Shown here piece after piece: positions 56,198 through 59,077 of a stretch of DNA of 59,077 nucleotides. Origin of the DNA: an uncultured Chromatiales bacterium (GTDB lineage Bacteria; Pseudomonadota; Gammaproteobacteria; SZUA-140); NCBI GenBank assembly GCA_964388175.1, contig CAYLYS010000002.1:33424-92500 (forward strand), in the 5' to 3' direction. Each line of letters begins with the position of its first letter. Positions within the stretch are counted from its first letter, which is position 1. A model generated the notes under the pieces. The model saw only the letters and a list, made by a program, of their open reading frames with translations, was not told the origin of the DNA and did not search any database. A program made the translations under genes and the position numbers.

Positions 56198-56758
56198 GTG
56201 GAGCAGTTCCGGGGCACCACCATACTATCGGTCAGGCGCGGAGGACGCGTCGCCCTCGGCGGTGACGGGCAGGTTTCCCTCGGCAACACCGTCATGAAGG
56301 GCAATGCGCGCAAGGTCCGCCGCCTCTACAACGGCCAGGTGCTGGCCGGTTTCGCCGGCGGCACCGCCGATGCCTTCACGCTGTTCGAGCGCTTCGAAGG
56401 CAAGCTGGAAAAACATTCCGGCAATCTCACCCGCGCCGCCGTCGAACTGGCCAAGGACTGGCGCACCGACCGTTTGCTGCGCCGCCTCGAAGCGCTGCTG
56501 GTGGTGGCGGACCGCAACGTTTCGCTGACCATCTCCGGCAACGGCGACGTCATCGAACCCGAACACGACGCCCTGGCGATCGGCTCGGGCGGCTCCTTCG
56601 CCCTCGCCGCCGCGCGCGCGCTGCTCGAGAACACCGATCTCGACGCCCGCGCCATCGTCGAGAAAAGCCTGTCGCTGGCGGCGGATATCTGCATCTACAC
56701 CAATAAGTCGCTGTCGATCGAAGAGCTGCCCGACAGCCAGGATACGGTGCTCGTCTGA
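56198..56758 (+). CDS. hslV: ATP-dependent protease subunit HslV
   Basis: GTG start: [44 protein letters not shown]...GSGG. It aligns with E. coli HslV throughout. Confidence 0.93.
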   Translation: MEQFRGTTILSVRRGGRVALGGDGQVSLGNTVMKGNARKVRRLYNGQVLAGFAGGTADAFTLFERFEGKLEKHSGNLTRAAVELAKDWRTDRLLRRLEALLVVADRNVSLTISGNGDVIEPEHDALAIGSGGSFALAAARALLENTDLDARAIVEKSLSLAADICIYTNKSLSIEELPDSQDTVLV

Positions 56759-58095
56759 TGTCGGAAATGACTCCCCGCGAAATCGTCCAGGAACTCGACA
56801 AGCACATCGTCGGACAGCAGGCGGCCAAGCGCGCCGTCGCCATCGCGCTGCGCAACCGCTGGCGGCGCATGCAGGTTGCCGAGCCGCTGCGCAACGAGAT
56901 CACGCCGAAGAACATTCTGATGATCGGCCCGACCGGCGTCGGCAAGACCGAGATCGCCCGCCGCGTCGCCCGCCTGGTCAACGCGCCCTTCGTCAAGGTC
57001 GAAGCGAGCAAATTCACCGAAGTCGGCTATGTCGGCCGCGATGTGGAATCGATCATCCGCGAACTGACGGACATCTCCTTCAAGATCACGCGTGAGCGCG
57101 AGATGGAGAAAGTGCGCCGGCGCGCCGAGGATCTGGCGGAAGACCGCATCCTCGATATCCTGCTGCCGCCGGCGCGCGTGCCTTCGGCTGCGGCCGGCCG
57201 CGGCGACGGCGAGGCCGGCGCCGCCCGGCAGAAATTCCGCAAGAAGCTGCGCGAAGGCGATCTCGACGATACCGAGATCGAGGTCGAGGTGAGCGCGGCG
57301 CCGATGGGCGTGGAGATCATGGCGCCGCCCGGCATGGAAGAGATGAGCGGCCAGTTGCAGAGCATGTTCCAGAACATCGCCGGCCAGCGCACCAAGAAGC
57401 GCCGCCTGCCGATCAGGGAAGCCTTCCGCCTGCTCACCGACGAAGAGGCGGCGCGGCTGATCAACGACGACGACATCAAGACGCGGGCGCTGGAAAACGC
57501 CGAGCAGAACGGTATCGTTTTCATCGACGAGATCGACAAGATCACCCGCCGCGCCGACCAGCACGGCGGCGCGGACGTTTCGCGCGAAGGCGTGCAGCGC
57601 GACCTGCTGCCGCTGGTGGAAGGCTGCACCGTCAGCACCAAGCTCGGCATGATCCGCACCGACCATGTGCTGTTCATCGCTTCCGGCGCCTTCCATCTCA
57701 GCAAGCCCTCGGATCTCATTCCCGAGCTGCAGGGCCGGCTGCCGATCCGCGTCGAGCTCAATGCGCTCTCGGTCGAGGACTTCGTGCGCATCCTGACCGA
57801 GCCCGATGCCGCCCTGACCGTACAGTACAAGGCGCTGATGGCGACCGAGAGCGTCGCCATCGACTTCACCGCCGACGGCATCGCGCGCATCGCCGAGATC
57901 GCCTGGCAGGTCAACGAACGCACCGAGAACATCGGCGCGCGCCGCCTGCACACGGTCATGGAGCGCATCATGGAAACGCTGTCCTTCGACGCCTCCGACC
58001 AGGCCGGCCAGCACACCACCATCGATGCCGCCTACGTCGACCGCCATCTCGGCAAGCTGGTCGCCGATGAGGATCTCAGCCGTTACATCCTCTAG
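56758..58095 (+). CDS. hslU: ATP-dependent protease ATPase subunit HslU
   Basis: 445 aa: [17 protein letters not shown], Walker [14 protein letters not shown], Walker [10 protein letters not shown]. The start overlaps the hslV stop. Confidence 0.95.
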   Translation: MSEMTPREIVQELDKHIVGQQAAKRAVAIALRNRWRRMQVAEPLRNEITPKNILMIGPTGVGKTEIARRVARLVNAPFVKVEASKFTEVGYVGRDVESIIRELTDISFKITREREMEKVRRRAEDLAEDRILDILLPPARVPSAAAGRGDGEAGAARQKFRKKLREGDLDDTEIEVEVSAAPMGVEIMAPPGMEEMSGQLQSMFQNIAGQRTKKRRLPIREAFRLLTDEEAARLINDDDIKTRALENAEQNGIVFIDEIDKITRRADQHGGADVSREGVQRDLLPLVEGCTVSTKLGMIRTDHVLFIASGAFHLSKPSDLIPELQGRLPIRVELNALSVEDFVRILTEPDAALTVQYKALMATESVAIDFTADGIARIAEIAWQVNERTENIGARRLHTVMERIMETLSFDASDQAGQHTTIDAAYVDRHLGKLVADEDLSRYIL

Positions 58096-58106
58096 ATCAT
58101 AAACGC

Positions 58107-58496
58107 ATGAACGCGAAGAAACTCACTCCGACCGACATCCGCCTGCATCAGCGTTCGCGCCGGCTGGAAATCGCCTTCGACGACGGTGCGCGTTTCGAGC
58201 TGCCCTGCGAACTGCTGCGCGTGTATTCCCCGTCCGCCGAGGTACGCGGCCACGGTCCGGGGCAGGAAGTGCTGCAGCTGGACAAGGAAAACGTGAACAT
58301 CGTCGGCATCGAGCCGGTCGGCACCTACGCCGTCAAGCTCATCTTCGACGACGGCCACAGCACCGGGCTCTACACCTGGGATCTGCTGTACAAACTGGGC
58401 GCGCGGCAGCAGGAATTCTGGGATCTCTATCTCGAACGGCTGCGCGAGGCCGGGCACGAGCACCGCGCCGCCGCCCCTAGCGGACACAGCCACTGA
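58107..58496 (+). CDS. DUF971 (gamma-butyrobetaine hydroxylase-like N-terminal domain) protein
   Basis: 129 aa: LEIAFDDGARFELPCELLRVYSPSAEV...VGTYAVKLIFDDGHSTGLYTWDLLYKLG. Confidence 0.8.
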   Translation: MNAKKLTPTDIRLHQRSRRLEIAFDDGARFELPCELLRVYSPSAEVRGHGPGQEVLQLDKENVNIVGIEPVGTYAVKLIFDDGHSTGLYTWDLLYKLGARQQEFWDLYLERLREAGHEHRAAAPSGHSH

Positions 58497-58517
58497 GCTC
58501 ACAGGCATGATACGGGA

Positions 58518-59077
58518 ATGAACGATCCGAAATCGCGCCAGGACGACGCCGCCTCGACCCACTTCGGCTTCGAGGAAATCGCCGCCGGCGAAAAAGCGCG
58601 GCGCGTCAGAGGCGTCTTCGACTCGGTCGCTGGGCGTTACGACATCATGAACGATCTGATGTCCGCCGGCGTGCACCGCCTGTGGAAACGCATGGCGATC
58701 GATCTCGCCGCGGTGCGTCCGGGGCAGCACGTGCTCGATCTCGCCGCCGGCACCGGCGATCTCACGCGCGCGCTGTCGCAGCGCGCGGGCGACGGCGGCA
58801 GCGTGGTTGCCGCCGACATCAACGCCGCCATGCTCGGTGTCGGCCGCGACCGCCTGCTCGACCGCGGCGTCGCCGGCAACGTCACCTACGTGCAGGCCGA
58901 CGCCGAACGCCTGCCCTTCGCCGACGACAGTTTCGACTGCATCACCATGGCCTTCGGCCTGCGCAACGTCACCGACAAGGCCGCCGCGCTCGCCGCCATG
59001 CACCGCGTGCTGAAGCCGGGCGGCAAGGCGCTGGTGCTGGAATTCTCGCGCCGCCACCGGGCCCGGATGGGGGCGCG
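58518..59077 (+). CDS. ubiE: Ubiquinone/menaquinone C-methyltransferase, N-terminal part (runs off the right edge)
   Basis: My translation from ATG 58518 is [58 protein letters not shown]...[10 protein letters not shown]...[13 protein letters not shown]. It is not in the track because there is no stop in the window. Confidence 0.9.
   Translation, partial: MNDPKSRQDDAASTHFGFEEIAAGEKARRVRGVFDSVAGRYDIMNDLMSAGVHRLWKRMAIDLAAVRPGQHVLDLAAGTGDLTRALSQRAGDGGSVVAADINAAMLGVGRDRLLDRGVAGNVTYVQADAERLPFADDSFDCITMAFGLRNVTDKAAALAAMHRVLKPGGKALVLEFSRRHRARMGA

Noticed and set aside
3984-59057. Many other long shadow ORFs, for example 3984..5336 +, 5463..6788 +, 6791..8227 +, 8227..9720 +, 13973..15139 -, 17601..18653 -, 18946..20316 +, 20458..22035 -, 28510..30159 -, 30704..32638 +, 32770..34158 +, 34583..36139 +, 36121..38547 +, 40416..41693 -, 47891..50089 -, 51571..52998 -, 53572..54477 -, 54036..55292 -, 56695..58047 - and 58092..59057 -
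   Set aside because: Each is antisense to, or out of frame with, a gene that has strong family motifs. Their sequences are dominated by R, A, G, H and D runs with no recognisable domains. High G+C suppresses stop codons in non-coding frames.
1-59077. Search for CRISPR arrays, rRNA and tRNA genes, IS elements, prophage genes and island-flanking direct repeats
   Set aside because: Reading by eye, I saw no regularly spaced repeats, no conserved rRNA or tRNA motifs, no transposase or phage-like ORFs, and no repeat pair bracketing 41.9-46.6 kb. A computational scan (tRNAscan, Infernal, ISfinder) would be needed to exclude small elements.

Overview
This 59,077-bp window is high-GC (roughly two-thirds G+C by eye) bacterial chromosome carrying about 60 genes. 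The core gene order runs as follows. metH sits at the left edge, next to an LpxL-like acyltransferase. A long minus-strand block follows: methyltransferase-trkH-trkA-ntrX-ntrY-DUF4390-rsmB-fmt-def. Then come LysM-dprA-smg-topA, cysB divergent from a siroheme sulfite reductase, a fadE-fadA-fadB-fadD-thioesterase operon, xthA, ubiD, purT, phoX, ppk2, and dapF-DUF484-xerC-hslVU-DUF971-ubiE. This order, together with an HslV that begins MEQFRGTT, looks betaproteobacterium-like. I recognised no rRNA, tRNA, CRISPR array or transposase. The clear accessory segment is 41.9-46.6 kb, between ubiD and purT, where G+C drops visibly. It holds four attC-like sites (RYYYAAC ... GTTRRRY with internal imperfect palindromes), each overlapping the TAA stop of one ORF and lying 8-14 nt before the next start. 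That pattern is an integron-type cassette array with no integrase in the window. Its cassettes encode two tiny hydrophobic peptides, an uncharacterised 168-aa protein and a frameshifted DUF1697 gene. Downstream of the array lie a 33-aa lysine-rich ORF that the track missed, a tightly linked pair that is my best candidate for an undescribed conflict or defence module (a TIR/DUF4062-like 292-aa protein plus a cold-shock-domain-DUF1294 membrane protein), and a frameshifted brnT/brnA toxin-antitoxin pair. A second notable locus is at 22.5 kb. A TusA-like sulfur-carrier frame with no canonical start codon lies in the -1 frame over an A9 run at the end of an unusually long sulfite reductase gene. 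This could be frameshifting, transcriptional slippage, or a homopolymer sequencing error that hides a fusion gene. Other accessory items are a dgkA/two-glycosyltransferase/PAP2 glycolipid cluster, a 77-aa Cys-rich protein and a RelE/XRE toxin-antitoxin pair. Many long ORFs in the track are antisense shadows of real genes, as is typical of GC-rich DNA, and I rejected them. All product calls rest on my own reading of motifs and synteny. No database search was run.
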